This document shows positions 45,270-55,398 of a stretch of DNA of 64,000 bases, piece by piece. This DNA comes from a virus, in IMG/VR virus record IMGVR_UViG_3300047546_001733, positions 1 through 64,000 of that record; one strand, written 5' to 3'. Position numbers and translations under genes: made by a program. Each line of letters begins with the position of its first letter. Within the stretch, counting starts at the first letter, position 1. The notes under the pieces were generated by a model, which ran no database searches, had not been told where the DNA came from, and saw nothing but the letters and a program-made list of their open reading frames with translations.

Positions 45270-47648
45270 ATGCAATTTACGTTTGATTATCCCTCAAGAT
45301 TCGAGGATGGACAGGCACTATCTGCCTACGATATTAATAAGTACAGACAAAACAACGCACTTATCCGCAAGTTACTGTATAGTCCGCAACAACTTCCTAT
45401 GGATTCTAATATATACTCACCTAAGTCAGTTCCTTTGCGTAGCTTATCTCTAGTTAAATCGCAGGAAACTCTTTGGATTGGTTCTTTCATGTATCGTACC
45501 GGTATGAAAAAAGCATACCTCGGTATGAGTATTTCTTTAGAAAACGCAATCACAATTAACTCAGATATAAGTGTTAGTGCGAACACGGAATTATTCAACA
45601 CAATGGGTCTAGGAATAATACTAAAGTACACTAATCTTACATATAAGCAAATACTTGCTAAAGGTGCTTCTCACTTCGGCTACTTCGATGCAGTTAATAT
45701 ACGCACGGCAATCGATACAGGAACTCCAATCTCAAACGGAAAAGGTATCGACTTTTTTGTAAAGAACGGGAGGGCATCTGCAAATGTAACCCCTAGTGGA
45801 ACAGCGTGGCAAACGTTAGACCCCTCAAAAAGAATTACAACTATTGAGGTTGACCTCGAGGGCTATTCACGCGTTTTTCAAGACGGTGAGATTGTTCCTG
45901 TAAGTATTTTATTACTTGCCAGCACTAGTAATACTGATGCGGTGTTTTCTCAATCAACCCCCGCAAATTTTCCAGATAGTGTATTAGTATATCCTTATGT
46001 TAAGCATACTATGTTTTATGCGGAGACTGATGGAGACCTGTCGTACAGTAAAAACTGGAGTGAAATACCCGCAGTAGTTACTTCTGGAACCTCAGTACTT
46101 TCGAAAAACAATCTAAATGCACTAAGTGATAAACAAACATACATAATTGAGCGTCTAAGTAATCGTCCCGGAATACTAACAGGCTCTGTAATGTATTATG
46201 GTACCTATGCAGGTACAATGGCACAGCGGTACATAAGCTATGACTTTGATAATCTGGATGAGTATTTTACGAAGAGTACCAATGTAGCTGAGGCTGGTAC
46301 ATCTCAGTCACAGGTAGCAAGAGCAACAACAACAAACGCAGAAACTACTCTGGCAACTTTTGCGTGGAATCCATATTTAGATTATTACAATCAAATACTA
46401 GTTGACTACAAATTCTACGGTAATACCGACACAAAGCAGTTCATGATAGTTGAAATACCCAGTGCCCCGGTCGCCCAACCCCATTTACGTCAAACTGACG
46501 GCGATAATGGTTCTGGCGGTAAAATACTGGCTGGTAATCTATTTGGCGGTGCTAAATATGTCAAAAGTCCCGAAGCCGCAACCCTTGCAGATGTTTCTTG
46601 GTCTTACCCAGCGACCGCCGTAAAAAATATATACGACGCTATCTACACAACTAGTTCTATCAGCAATCCTCTTTACAAAATATATCCATTTCAAGTAAGA
46701 ATACCAAGCCCTTCTACGCCGGTGTTTAAACTTGAAGACGATGAGTATAAATATGATTCCTATTTTCGTAAGGGATTCTATCAGGACACTACCGCAATTA
46801 CATTCACTTCTGGAGAGACTTCAGGCTCCTACCGAAAGTGGAAACTTCCAAAGGCGTTTGATGAAACAACCTCAGGTACATTTACTTCTCAAATAGGGTT
46901 TATTGCAGAAATTTCTGGTAATCTACTTCCATTTCCTCTTTCAGAATCGTATGAATACCAGAGAGTTGCGAACTACAATAACTCTGAATGGTCTTGGGTC
47001 GCACCCGTAAGTGGTACTGCTGGCTACCGCCCAATATACATAAATCTGTACGACCATAGTTTTAATAAAATTGCTAAGAAGGCAAATTACATTTCTTTTA
47101 TGCACCTAATCAGTGCCTCTGCATTTAATTCGGTTAATCTTGTCTATTCAGTTGACTCGGAGTTAGATGGTAATTCACTTACAACATACTCAGGTCTAAG
47201 AACAACTATATCCGGAATTAATAGTGACTTAGACACATTTTATACAAATTTATTCCAGAGTAATCCACATTTTTCTCGATATCAGATGTTCTGGGGAGCA
47301 CCTCAAAGTTTTGTGAATAGTCAAAATATTATTCAGGAATACACTAAGAAATTTTTTATGTTTACTCAATCAAGAAAAGGTGACATACTTATTGTACGTG
47401 GGAGAAATGTTAATTTAAATTACGGCTCATTGAATCAAATAACTCGTTCTGGTGACCCAGCAGGTTCATTTATCTCTCCCAATGACGTTGATGTTTCTTT
47501 TGAGAAAACACAAAATTTAATTAGTAGCGATACAGAACAAACAATTATCTATAACTTAAGTAACGCCGATGGACTTGCTTACGGACAGCAATATTATCTT
47601 ACAGGTGACATTATTTATGCCGCCGAGTTTTTTGAGGAGCCATCATGA
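45270..47648 (+). CDS. minor tail protein
   Basis: 792 aa, S/T/N/Y-rich, in tail module. Confidence 0.55.
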   Translation: MQFTFDYPSRFEDGQALSAYDINKYRQNNALIRKLLYSPQQLPMDSNIYSPKSVPLRSLSLVKSQETLWIGSFMYRTGMKKAYLGMSISLENAITINSDISVSANTELFNTMGLGIILKYTNLTYKQILAKGASHFGYFDAVNIRTAIDTGTPISNGKGIDFFVKNGRASANVTPSGTAWQTLDPSKRITTIEVDLEGYSRVFQDGEIVPVSILLLASTSNTDAVFSQSTPANFPDSVLVYPYVKHTMFYAETDGDLSYSKNWSEIPAVVTSGTSVLSKNNLNALSDKQTYIIERLSNRPGILTGSVMYYGTYAGTMAQRYISYDFDNLDEYFTKSTNVAEAGTSQSQVARATTTNAETTLATFAWNPYLDYYNQILVDYKFYGNTDTKQFMIVEIPSAPVAQPHLRQTDGDNGSGGKILAGNLFGGAKYVKSPEAATLADVSWSYPATAVKNIYDAIYTTSSISNPLYKIYPFQVRIPSPSTPVFKLEDDEYKYDSYFRKGFYQDTTAITFTSGETSGSYRKWKLPKAFDETTSGTFTSQIGFIAEISGNLLPFPLSESYEYQRVANYNNSEWSWVAPVSGTAGYRPIYINLYDHSFNKIAKKANYISFMHLISASAFNSVNLVYSVDSELDGNSLTTYSGLRTTISGINSDLDTFYTNLFQSNPHFSRYQMFWGAPQSFVNSQNIIQEYTKKFFMFTQSRKGDILIVRGRNVNLNYGSLNQITRSGDPAGSFISPNDVDVSFEKTQNLISSDTEQTIIYNLSNADGLAYGQQYYLTGDIIYAAEFFEEPS

Positions 47649-49513
47649 CCGACATAAAAAATAAACCACTTTCAGTGATAGATGCCGCTCTTGATAAAGA
47701 GGCTTCATACCCACCAACTAATAAATCTATTTTTAATCCGTACACTGGTGGTATAATTAAAATAGACTCTGTTGACTCTATAGCCTCCTCATTCAGTATT
47801 TTTACGGGGAAAACATTTACCCCATCAACAGTACTACTTAAAGATAATGTTACACTGCGTTTAGGCATCCCTACTTTTATCGTGCGCTTAAAGAAAGTAA
47901 ATACTCTTTACTATAAATTTCGAATTTTTTTCAGTTTGTCGCCTACTGACTTTTATGGTACTCTCGGTAACTCTAGTAAAGAAACATACTGCGATGTGAA
48001 TTTGTTTACTGACATCACTGGTACTAACGTACTCCCTTCACTAGGTTATGTAGCCCAGACAGAAGTAAGCAACGCAAAAGTATTAACGAGTTTACTTAGT
48101 CTGTATACTATTGACGAAATTATTAGTAAAATCGACACCATAAAAAATAATACGTACACAACACTTAATGATAAGGTAGCGGCTATATATGCAAACTTAG
48201 ATTTTCTTCAAATATATGCACAAATATCGCCTTTAACAATTAATCCAAATCCAGCGGGAGTTGATGCTGATTACCATAACTCTTACCGAGAGCCTACATT
48301 ATTAGCCGCCCAGTTTACTCTTATTGAGTCTGGTTTATCCATGCCATCATTACCAACATTGTCCGCAAATAAACTTAAGTTTTCTTTAAAGACAAAAAAC
48401 ATAAAGTCAGTGAAACTTAAGATAAGCCTAGGAAATTCCACAGGAACATCCGCAACATTTTTAGACTCGGTAACGAGAGTAATTAAACTTGACTTAAATA
48501 GTCCATATGTTACATTGACTACAAGTAATGACGGTTTTAATTTAGCATCGGTAGTATACCCACTTGAGAACCTAAGCACTGCCGAACTCGACGGCGGTAT
48601 TCTTTTTGATGTAAATAAACTCACCACAGCGTTTAACTACCAACTTGATGGGTTACCAGTAGATTCTTTTAATACTAATCTACTTCAACTCAAAAATGTA
48701 ATTGTAGAATTTGAGAGTGCTGACTCTGCAAATGGTGTTGTGCTAACAAATTTAGCCCCGTACTTCAGTGGCGTGGTAAAGTACGTATTGTCTATGTCGG
48801 CGTTAAATGCGGTAAACTCTATAGGAAAACCAGCAATTATTGCTCAGCGAAAGTCTAATTTTATTTATGTTTCAAATAGTAGTGTAACCCAATCTACACG
48901 AGGTGCGGCTTCGTTAAAAATAAACGTAAACAGTAGCACGCAACTAAAAGATTTTCTCGGTTTTTTAGTCGTGTTAAAAAACGCCGCAGGTACTTTAGTA
49001 TACTCTAAGATATTTACCGTAAGTGAGATGGTGTCAACAAACAAAACTCAGACAAATTTTTCATTGTCTATGCCAATAGACACGGCAGTAAACTATGTAG
49101 GTAATGTTTCCATCTACTCACTGGGTACTATATTTTCAACATCCACCGAATACTTTGCTGGTCTGCCGAAGATAACACTTAGTACACTCATTACAAAAGG
49201 AAATATTGTTTACAATACCAAAAAAAACTTCCTTAGTTTTAAAGGTCTCGCAACAGCACTTCCATTTGAAGGATTAGTTCGTATGCGGGTAACATACCCA
49301 CCACGAGAAAAATCAACTATTAAAACACCGGTAGAGCGTGATTTTAGTATTCTACCGTCGTTAGCATTTCAGTACCCAACTGGACTAGAAGGAACTACTT
49401 GGAGTAATGTACTTGTTTACCCAACAGTAACGTTTGCATTTACAATACCCTCGGTAAATTACTCGAGTTCATTTATCAACACAAACAATTTAGGGAGTAT
49501 AACATGGACATAG
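47645..49513 (+). CDS. minor tail protein
   Basis: 622 aa beta-rich, in tail module. Confidence 0.55.
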   Translation: MTDIKNKPLSVIDAALDKEASYPPTNKSIFNPYTGGIIKIDSVDSIASSFSIFTGKTFTPSTVLLKDNVTLRLGIPTFIVRLKKVNTLYYKFRIFFSLSPTDFYGTLGNSSKETYCDVNLFTDITGTNVLPSLGYVAQTEVSNAKVLTSLLSLYTIDEIISKIDTIKNNTYTTLNDKVAAIYANLDFLQIYAQISPLTINPNPAGVDADYHNSYREPTLLAAQFTLIESGLSMPSLPTLSANKLKFSLKTKNIKSVKLKISLGNSTGTSATFLDSVTRVIKLDLNSPYVTLTTSNDGFNLASVVYPLENLSTAELDGGILFDVNKLTTAFNYQLDGLPVDSFNTNLLQLKNVIVEFESADSANGVVLTNLAPYFSGVVKYVLSMSALNAVNSIGKPAIIAQRKSNFIYVSNSSVTQSTRGAASLKINVNSSTQLKDFLGFLVVLKNAAGTLVYSKIFTVSEMVSTNKTQTNFSLSMPIDTAVNYVGNVSIYSLGTIFSTSTEYFAGLPKITLSTLITKGNIVYNTKKNFLSFKGLATALPFEGLVRMRVTYPPREKSTIKTPVERDFSILPSLAFQYPTGLEGTTWSNVLVYPTVTFAFTIPSVNYSSSFINTNNLGSITWT

Positions 49514-51372
49514 ACCCAGATATTTATGTACCGAGTGAATCGCCTGAGAGAGAGTTTATTTATAACAACGAGACTCAGGAACTTATTTATCAAGTTCCGC
49601 TTGCCTTCACTCGGTACAATATAAAAAGAAACGCCGATGAACTCTACAACGATGACTCATCACAGTATTTTACATATAGTGGTAGTTGGAATGTTACTAC
49701 TGTTTCGAGAGAAAAAGATAATAGATATAAGAATATTAGCTTAAAAGCGTACTCTGGTGATTCTTTTAAGTTTTATTTAAACGTAGGCGCAGTAATTACT
49801 GAGTCTGGATTCTACCTAAGCGGTCCAGTAACTACTTCAGGAGTTTATAAAACTTTCACAGCGTATTCTGGAGAAAATGATGCAGTTACTAATGCAGTTA
49901 CATTTACTGCCCCGACAGATAACACAAGTGTGTACACAATGCCGTCGGTTGAAAACCTACGCTATATGCGCTTGTATCACTCCCCAATAACTGCGAGTGG
50001 TACATACCGTATCTATCAGTTTCTTCCACGCACGCTTATCCAAGTAGATGATTTAGAGGCGGACGTAATTGACACAGTTACACTACGAGTATCTGATAGC
50101 ATTGTTATCGGACCAAATCTTATTGAAGATAAGTCTATCCTTGGTCGTAAGATTGCTGACGGTACCGTATCAGGTGTGTTAATTACAGATGGTACAGTAA
50201 CCGGAAGTAAGATTGTTGCAAACACAATCTCGGGCGCACTCATTACTGCGGGTACAATTACAGGAGATAAAATAACCGCCTCAACTATATCCGGCAGTCT
50301 TATAGCGGCGAACACAATTACCGCCAATAAACTGTCAGTAAGTCAATTAGATGCCGTTGCAGGTAATATGGGTACTCTTGTAGTTAACAGCGGGATAACT
50401 GTCTCCGCAAGCGGATATATATCTGCCGGTAAAACAACAATTAATGCAAGCGGTATTACTATCGGCAATCTCTCTTCTACAAATGACGTTGTAGACTCAT
50501 TAAAAATTATTGGTTCAGGTACTGTTGGGGACATAGTAGGTATTGCATTCTTCAACGGTGCTCAAAGCCCTACGATACCAGTAGCATCCTTGCGGTTAGA
50601 CGGTGTAAACACTCTTGAAATTGCAAACGAAGTTTCGAGTAATAACGCCTCGATTCACATGAATTTCAATGAAAACTACACCGGTGCGTTTCGTGTAATT
50701 AACGGAGACATTGACATATCAAGGACACCGAGCAGTCCTTCCGACATCGCTCCGGGTGCAGTACGTGGTTACGATTCAGATGGCACTAACCTGTACGAAC
50801 TGAGTGCCGATGGGATATATTTAATGTCTACGGCTGGTGCATCTGTATTTAGTGTCGCTACAAGCACTGGGGCGGTCACGGTTACGGGGGACGTAGCCGT
50901 TAACACAAACAAAGTAAGTATCACAGCGTCAAATGGAAATACCAATATTCGTGGTAATGTAACAGTAAGTGGGAGTATCTCGCATAGGGACGCAGGAATT
51001 TTATCAAGGTCTGCGGGGCAGACTGTCAATGCTGGTACTTCTGCAAGAGTGCAACTAAACGTTGCTGGTACCGGCAATATTTTAGGGAACGCAACAACAT
51101 ACGAAGTTACTGTTACTAATGCCGGTCTTTACATTGTAAACGCCGCCGTGACTTCTACTACCACTAACTTACCATGGAATGTGCGCCAAAACGCCACCAG
51201 CTTTACAACGGGTACGCAAATGTTACCCGGTCTTACATTTAGCGACGGGCGGTCACTTAATACAACTATATTTTATTTAAGTGCTAATGATACTGTAGGG
51301 CTTTTTGTAAATAATACTGGCGGTAGTTCTGCTAGCGTAACTGGTGCCTTAAGAGTAGTGAGGTTAACATGA
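49504..51372 (+). CDS. tail fiber / receptor-binding protein
   Basis: Tandem IxxxTITxxK-type repeats, C1q-like C-terminus (AGLYIVNA...LSANDTV). Confidence 0.75.
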   Translation: MDIDPDIYVPSESPEREFIYNNETQELIYQVPLAFTRYNIKRNADELYNDDSSQYFTYSGSWNVTTVSREKDNRYKNISLKAYSGDSFKFYLNVGAVITESGFYLSGPVTTSGVYKTFTAYSGENDAVTNAVTFTAPTDNTSVYTMPSVENLRYMRLYHSPITASGTYRIYQFLPRTLIQVDDLEADVIDTVTLRVSDSIVIGPNLIEDKSILGRKIADGTVSGVLITDGTVTGSKIVANTISGALITAGTITGDKITASTISGSLIAANTITANKLSVSQLDAVAGNMGTLVVNSGITVSASGYISAGKTTINASGITIGNLSSTNDVVDSLKIIGSGTVGDIVGIAFFNGAQSPTIPVASLRLDGVNTLEIANEVSSNNASIHMNFNENYTGAFRVINGDIDISRTPSSPSDIAPGAVRGYDSDGTNLYELSADGIYLMSTAGASVFSVATSTGAVTVTGDVAVNTNKVSITASNGNTNIRGNVTVSGSISHRDAGILSRSAGQTVNAGTSARVQLNVAGTGNILGNATTYEVTVTNAGLYIVNAAVTSTTTNLPWNVRQNATSFTTGTQMLPGLTFSDGRSLNTTIFYLSANDTVGLFVNNTGGSSASVTGALRVVRLT

Positions 51373-51641
51373 GAGTTATTGAAATTTTCCCTGTGGTACG
51401 CTGGATTGAGATTGATTCTACGGGAGTAGAGCGTATTGAACCCCATGAACAGTGGGCTTTGGACGTAATTAGAAAAGAGCGGAACCGACTTCTTAGTGAG
51501 TCAGACTGGAGAGTTCTACCAGACTCCCCAATAACTAATAAAAATGAATGGTATGCGTATCGACAAGCCCTTCGTGATTTTCCTGAATTAGTTCTACAGA
51601 ACAAATTTAATGAAGTCCAGTGGGCAACACCACCGAGTTGA
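51369..51641 (+). CDS. tail fiber assembly chaperone
   Basis: RNRLLSESDW..LPDSP...W..YRQALRD.P signature. Confidence 0.85.
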   Translation: MRVIEIFPVVRWIEIDSTGVERIEPHEQWALDVIRKERNRLLSESDWRVLPDSPITNKNEWYAYRQALRDFPELVLQNKFNEVQWATPPS

Positions 51642-51666
51642 CAAAAACAAAAAACAGAGGTATAAT
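51638..51666 (+). promoter_or_regulatory. sigma70-type promoter
   Basis: TTGACA-17 bp-TATAAT, 8 nt before ATG 51675. Confidence 0.8.
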
Positions 51667-51674
51667 ACAGTATA

Positions 51675-52250
51675 ATGATAACAACAGCTACTAACATGGA
51701 CTACTTTATTGATTCGGTTCGCCTGAGGCTTGGTGACTTTGATGGCACAGCGTACTCAGACGCATTAATACGCACCGCAATTATCAGCGCAGTAAAGTTT
51801 CTCCAAAAACAGTGGAGAAGTAAATATCAGGTTGTCGCATCCGGAACATACGTAGTTAATCATGATGCACCGCCCGGATTTACTTATGCCTCAACAGTGA
51901 ATGGATTTGCTTTTATTCCATCGGGGTTAAACGTCAACGATGTTTTCCGTAACCCTTATATTGAATTTACGCAACCCGAGCCACCGCTTATCGAGCAAAA
52001 TGATGAAGACGCAATTGTTCTTGCCACGGCGTACATTGTACATCTTGCAAAACTAACAAACTCGTCTTCGGCGTTTGTTTCGTGGAGCACAGAGGATATT
52101 CGTTTTACGAACACCACAGCGGCTAACACTATGAAATCAGTGCTGGACACATTCCAAAAAGAATTGGACACAATGTTTAAGACAAGAATTGCCATGCCTA
52201 TTGTAAGTCGCCAGCCACTAAATATTATTACGGGTACAAAAGTGTACTAA
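51675..52250 (+). CDS. putative head-tail adaptor
   Basis: VRLRLGD....YSDALI N-terminus resembles adaptor proteins. Confidence 0.5.
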   Translation: MITTATNMDYFIDSVRLRLGDFDGTAYSDALIRTAIISAVKFLQKQWRSKYQVVASGTYVVNHDAPPGFTYASTVNGFAFIPSGLNVNDVFRNPYIEFTQPEPPLIEQNDEDAIVLATAYIVHLAKLTNSSSAFVSWSTEDIRFTNTTAANTMKSVLDTFQKELDTMFKTRIAMPIVSRQPLNIITGTKVY

Positions 52251-52261
52251 AAGGAGAATGT

Positions 52262-53446
52262 ATGTCAAGGAAAGTACAAAAAATGTTGTATGTGGGGGAT
52301 TTTCCAGTTCCAACTGGGTTCGGGGTAGTTTCTAAAAATCTGGTTTCTCATTTTAAAAAGCATTATGATATGCACATTATTGGAATCAACTATTACGGAG
52401 ACTACGACCCAGAAATTGAAGGTCTAAAAGTATATCCCGCATCGGCTGGTAACGGTGATGTCTTTGGTGTAGACAAGTTTTTTCAAATTCTTCAGCAGGT
52501 TCGTCCAGATGTTTGTTTTATTCTAAACGACGTGTGGATTGGTATGGAGTATGGTGCTAAAATCAAAGAATTCAAAACCGATAATCCAGAAGCAAAAACA
52601 ATGTTTGTACTCTATACACCTATTGATGCAGAGAATATTAAACCAATGTTTGTTGAGGGCATTTCCCCGTATGATAAAGTTATAACATACACAAACTTTG
52701 GTAAAACTCAGTTAGAATTAGGTGGGTACAAAGGTAAAATTGATGTAGTTCCGCATGGTGTAGACACCAGTGTTTTTAAACCAATGGATAAAAAAGAAGT
52801 TCGCAAAGCGATGAACATTGGTGTTGACGATTATATCGTGCTTAATGTAAGTAGAAATCAGCCCCGAAAAAAACTAGACTTGTTCTTTTTTATTTTCTCT
52901 GAGTGGGTGAAACGGTATAATCTACCTCCTAATGTACGTTGTTATTATCACGGCGCACTTCGGGACGTAGGTATTGATATTATGCAGTGGGTTGAGTATC
53001 TTGGAATTCAAGATAGATTGGTAATTTCAAACCCAAATCTCACAGCAAATCGAGGTCTTTCTGAACAAAGCATGAACATGGTATACAACAGTGCCGATGT
53101 ATTTTTTACAACAACAGCGGCTGAGGGTTGGGGGTTACCAATTGCGGAGGCTATGTCTACTGGAGTTCCCGCAATTCTACCGAATCACTCTGCTCTTCCG
53201 GAGTGGACAGCGGGTAAAGCTCAGTTTGTCCCAGTGTACCCATTTCCTAGTTTAGCTGACAGGGGTCTTAATACTATTCATCACATTATTAACGTGGACG
53301 AAGCGGTTAAGTCACTTCAGTTTATGTACGCAAACGAGGAAGCAAGAAAAAATCTAGGTCGTGATTCCTACAAACACATGACTCGTGGAGAGTTTAATTG
53401 GAAAAATATAGCGGCTAGGTTTATGGAGATTTTCAAGAATGGTTGA
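52262..53446 (+). CDS. GT-B (family 4-like) glycosyltransferase
   Basis: TGFG, PHGVD, RNQPRK, EGWGLPIAEAM. Confidence 0.9.
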   Translation: MSRKVQKMLYVGDFPVPTGFGVVSKNLVSHFKKHYDMHIIGINYYGDYDPEIEGLKVYPASAGNGDVFGVDKFFQILQQVRPDVCFILNDVWIGMEYGAKIKEFKTDNPEAKTMFVLYTPIDAENIKPMFVEGISPYDKVITYTNFGKTQLELGGYKGKIDVVPHGVDTSVFKPMDKKEVRKAMNIGVDDYIVLNVSRNQPRKKLDLFFFIFSEWVKRYNLPPNVRCYYHGALRDVGIDIMQWVEYLGIQDRLVISNPNLTANRGLSEQSMNMVYNSADVFFTTTAAEGWGLPIAEAMSTGVPAILPNHSALPEWTAGKAQFVPVYPFPSLADRGLNTIHHIINVDEAVKSLQFMYANEEARKNLGRDSYKHMTRGEFNWKNIAARFMEIFKNG

Positions 53447-53594
53447 TTACGAAGGTATAACTAAGAAGTATGCAAGACGGCTCTTGACAAAGTTGGAAGA
53501 ACTTGGTATACTTAATAGTGTTGTACGGAAATATATTCTGGATGAGTTAAATAACCTTGCCCGTGAATTATCCGCAAACAATAAATCTAATTAA
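53439..53594 (+). CDS. 51-aa hypothetical protein
   Basis: Hand translation MVDYEGITKKYARRLL...; GGAGA RBS; fills the gap. Confidence 0.6.
   Translation: MVDYEGITKKYARRLLTKLEELGILNSVVRKYILDELNNLARELSANNKSN
53484..53512 (+). promoter_or_regulatory. sigma70-type promoter
   Basis: TTGACA-17 bp-TATACT. Confidence 0.75.
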
Positions 53595-53619
53595 TTAATG
53601 TAGAGGAGTATGTAATCGT

Positions 53620-54450
53620 ATGGGATTTGGTAAAATGTTGAACAATGCTGTAAGTGGAGCATCTTCAGGTGGCTCAAGCAATCGTATGCCAAATGCGTTT
53701 TTGGATGTTCGTGAGGGTAAGCGAACTTTCCGATTTATCCCTGACCCAAGTAATCCGCAGGAACCCCTGCAAGGTGAGATTGTGCTCAGTCTCTGGATGC
53801 CAGTAAAGCGGGCAGAAGTCATGCAGGAACGGCGTGTATTCATTGATGACTCGATGCGTAAAATTATCCCTGATGGTTTGAAGGAAAAGATTAAGCGTCG
53901 TTTCTTCCTTAATGTTTACGACCGGACTCGGGTGGTCAAGTTGGATGATGGAACTATTGTGTACCCTAATTTGCAAAATGCGTACTTTCATAAAGATAGC
54001 GCAACCCAGCAAATGAAGCAACTTACTGGCGCACAACCAAAACCAAATAACACAGTAATGGTACTCGAGGGTAGTGTGAGTCTTCGGACGACTTCTTCCC
54101 GTGGTGGTTTGTTGAATGAGATTGACGACCTTAGTCGTACTATCTATAACGAGGATGGTACATCGCTTATTCCTATTACCAGTGTTGACATCGAGATGGT
54201 TACCCGTGGTACAGGATTGGCTACATCTCGTTCAGTACACCCCGGTATGAATCGAGAACCGTTTCCGGTAGACTCGGCTACTTTGCAGGTGTACGATTTG
54301 GCAAACTACACACGTCCCTACCCAGTAGATGCAATTAATGCACTACTCAGTGGTGTTGACTACAACGAAGTTATGAAGTCCTACAATATACCGATGATGC
54401 CTCAGTTAATTTCGGCGGGGACATCTGAATCTGACGATTCAATCTTTTGA
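53620..54450 (+). CDS. single-stranded DNA-binding protein (gp32-like)
   Basis: EGKRTFRFIP, RFFLNVYDR, acidic C-terminus ending DDSIF; heads replication module. Confidence 0.65.
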   Translation: MGFGKMLNNAVSGASSGGSSNRMPNAFLDVREGKRTFRFIPDPSNPQEPLQGEIVLSLWMPVKRAEVMQERRVFIDDSMRKIIPDGLKEKIKRRFFLNVYDRTRVVKLDDGTIVYPNLQNAYFHKDSATQQMKQLTGAQPKPNNTVMVLEGSVSLRTTSSRGGLLNEIDDLSRTIYNEDGTSLIPITSVDIEMVTRGTGLATSRSVHPGMNREPFPVDSATLQVYDLANYTRPYPVDAINALLSGVDYNEVMKSYNIPMMPQLISAGTSESDDSIF

Positions 54451-54469
54451 TTAGTGTGTTACAATTTAG

Positions 54470-54499
54470 TGGGGTGCCGAAAGGCACCCCATCTATTTT
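54470..54499 (+). terminator. intrinsic terminator
   Basis: TGGGGTGCC-GAAA-GGCACCCCA-TCTATTTT. Confidence 0.75.
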
Positions 54500-54510
54500 A
54501 GTTAGAAGGA

Positions 54511-55398
54511 GTGTTTGTGAGTTATAAGACTACTTGTCCTAAATGTGGTGGTAATGATTTCTACGTTACCCCAAACAATGGTCTCTCATACTGCTTTCAC
54601 TGTGCATACTCAGAGAAAGATGGTAATAAGTCAAACGACGACCGCAAACTGGTTAATTCTATTGAGACTCTTCAAACATTTTACACAAGCATAACAGATT
54701 ACTATCATTCTTGTGTGACAAGTAAGGTTCGTGTGTACTTAAATAGTCGTGGTTACGATGATAACATGATTAGTCACTTTAAACTAGGCTATATTCCAAA
54801 TGAGGCAATTACACACATCAACCAAGACTTGCTTCGGGATAGTGGTTTGTACATTTATGACAGAGCAGTGCTTGGGGATAGAATAGCCTTTCCATACATT
54901 GTAGACGGTAAGGTAACCGATATCCGCGGGAGAACAATGGATAAAAACGACCCCACACGATACAAGTCGCCGTTAGGTTCAGCAACAAATCGTGGTGCAA
55001 TATACCCATATAACTTCTCGGACTCGACAGAAGAACACATTGTGACCGAGGGCGAGATTAAAGCGGGTATTGCAAGTCAATTTGGATTTAAATGTGTCGC
55101 ACTACCCGGTATTGCATCGTGGAGAATGATGACATCAACTTCTACCTTTAAGCAAACAATTGTGTTTGACTCTGCACGAGGTAAAGCGGGGCGTGAGCAT
55201 ACCTTACGAGCAATTGACAATATTTCTAAAAAATTGTATAATCCGTATGTAGCGATGCTCCCACTTGGGAAAGAAGATAAGATGGATATAGACACATTCA
55301 TTATGACAAAAGGCACAGCCGAGTTTCGCACAATTATTAATAATGCCCTTCCGTATAGTGAGTGGGCAAAAATACAGAGGAGAGTAAATGTATACTGA
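54511..55398 (+). CDS. dnaG: DNA primase (Zn finger + TOPRIM)
   Basis: CPKC...CFHC, YLNSRG, RIAFP, VTEGEIKA, VFDS, DID. Confidence 0.88.
   Translation: MFVSYKTTCPKCGGNDFYVTPNNGLSYCFHCAYSEKDGNKSNDDRKLVNSIETLQTFYTSITDYYHSCVTSKVRVYLNSRGYDDNMISHFKLGYIPNEAITHINQDLLRDSGLYIYDRAVLGDRIAFPYIVDGKVTDIRGRTMDKNDPTRYKSPLGSATNRGAIYPYNFSDSTEEHIVTEGEIKAGIASQFGFKCVALPGIASWRMMTSTSTFKQTIVFDSARGKAGREHTLRAIDNISKKLYNPYVAMLPLGKEDKMDIDTFIMTKGTAEFRTIINNALPYSEWAKIQRRVNVY

Noticed and set aside
49504-51372. Diversity-generating retroelement target in the tail fibre
   Set aside because: No reverse transcriptase or template repeat seen; internal repeats are ordinary fibre repeats.
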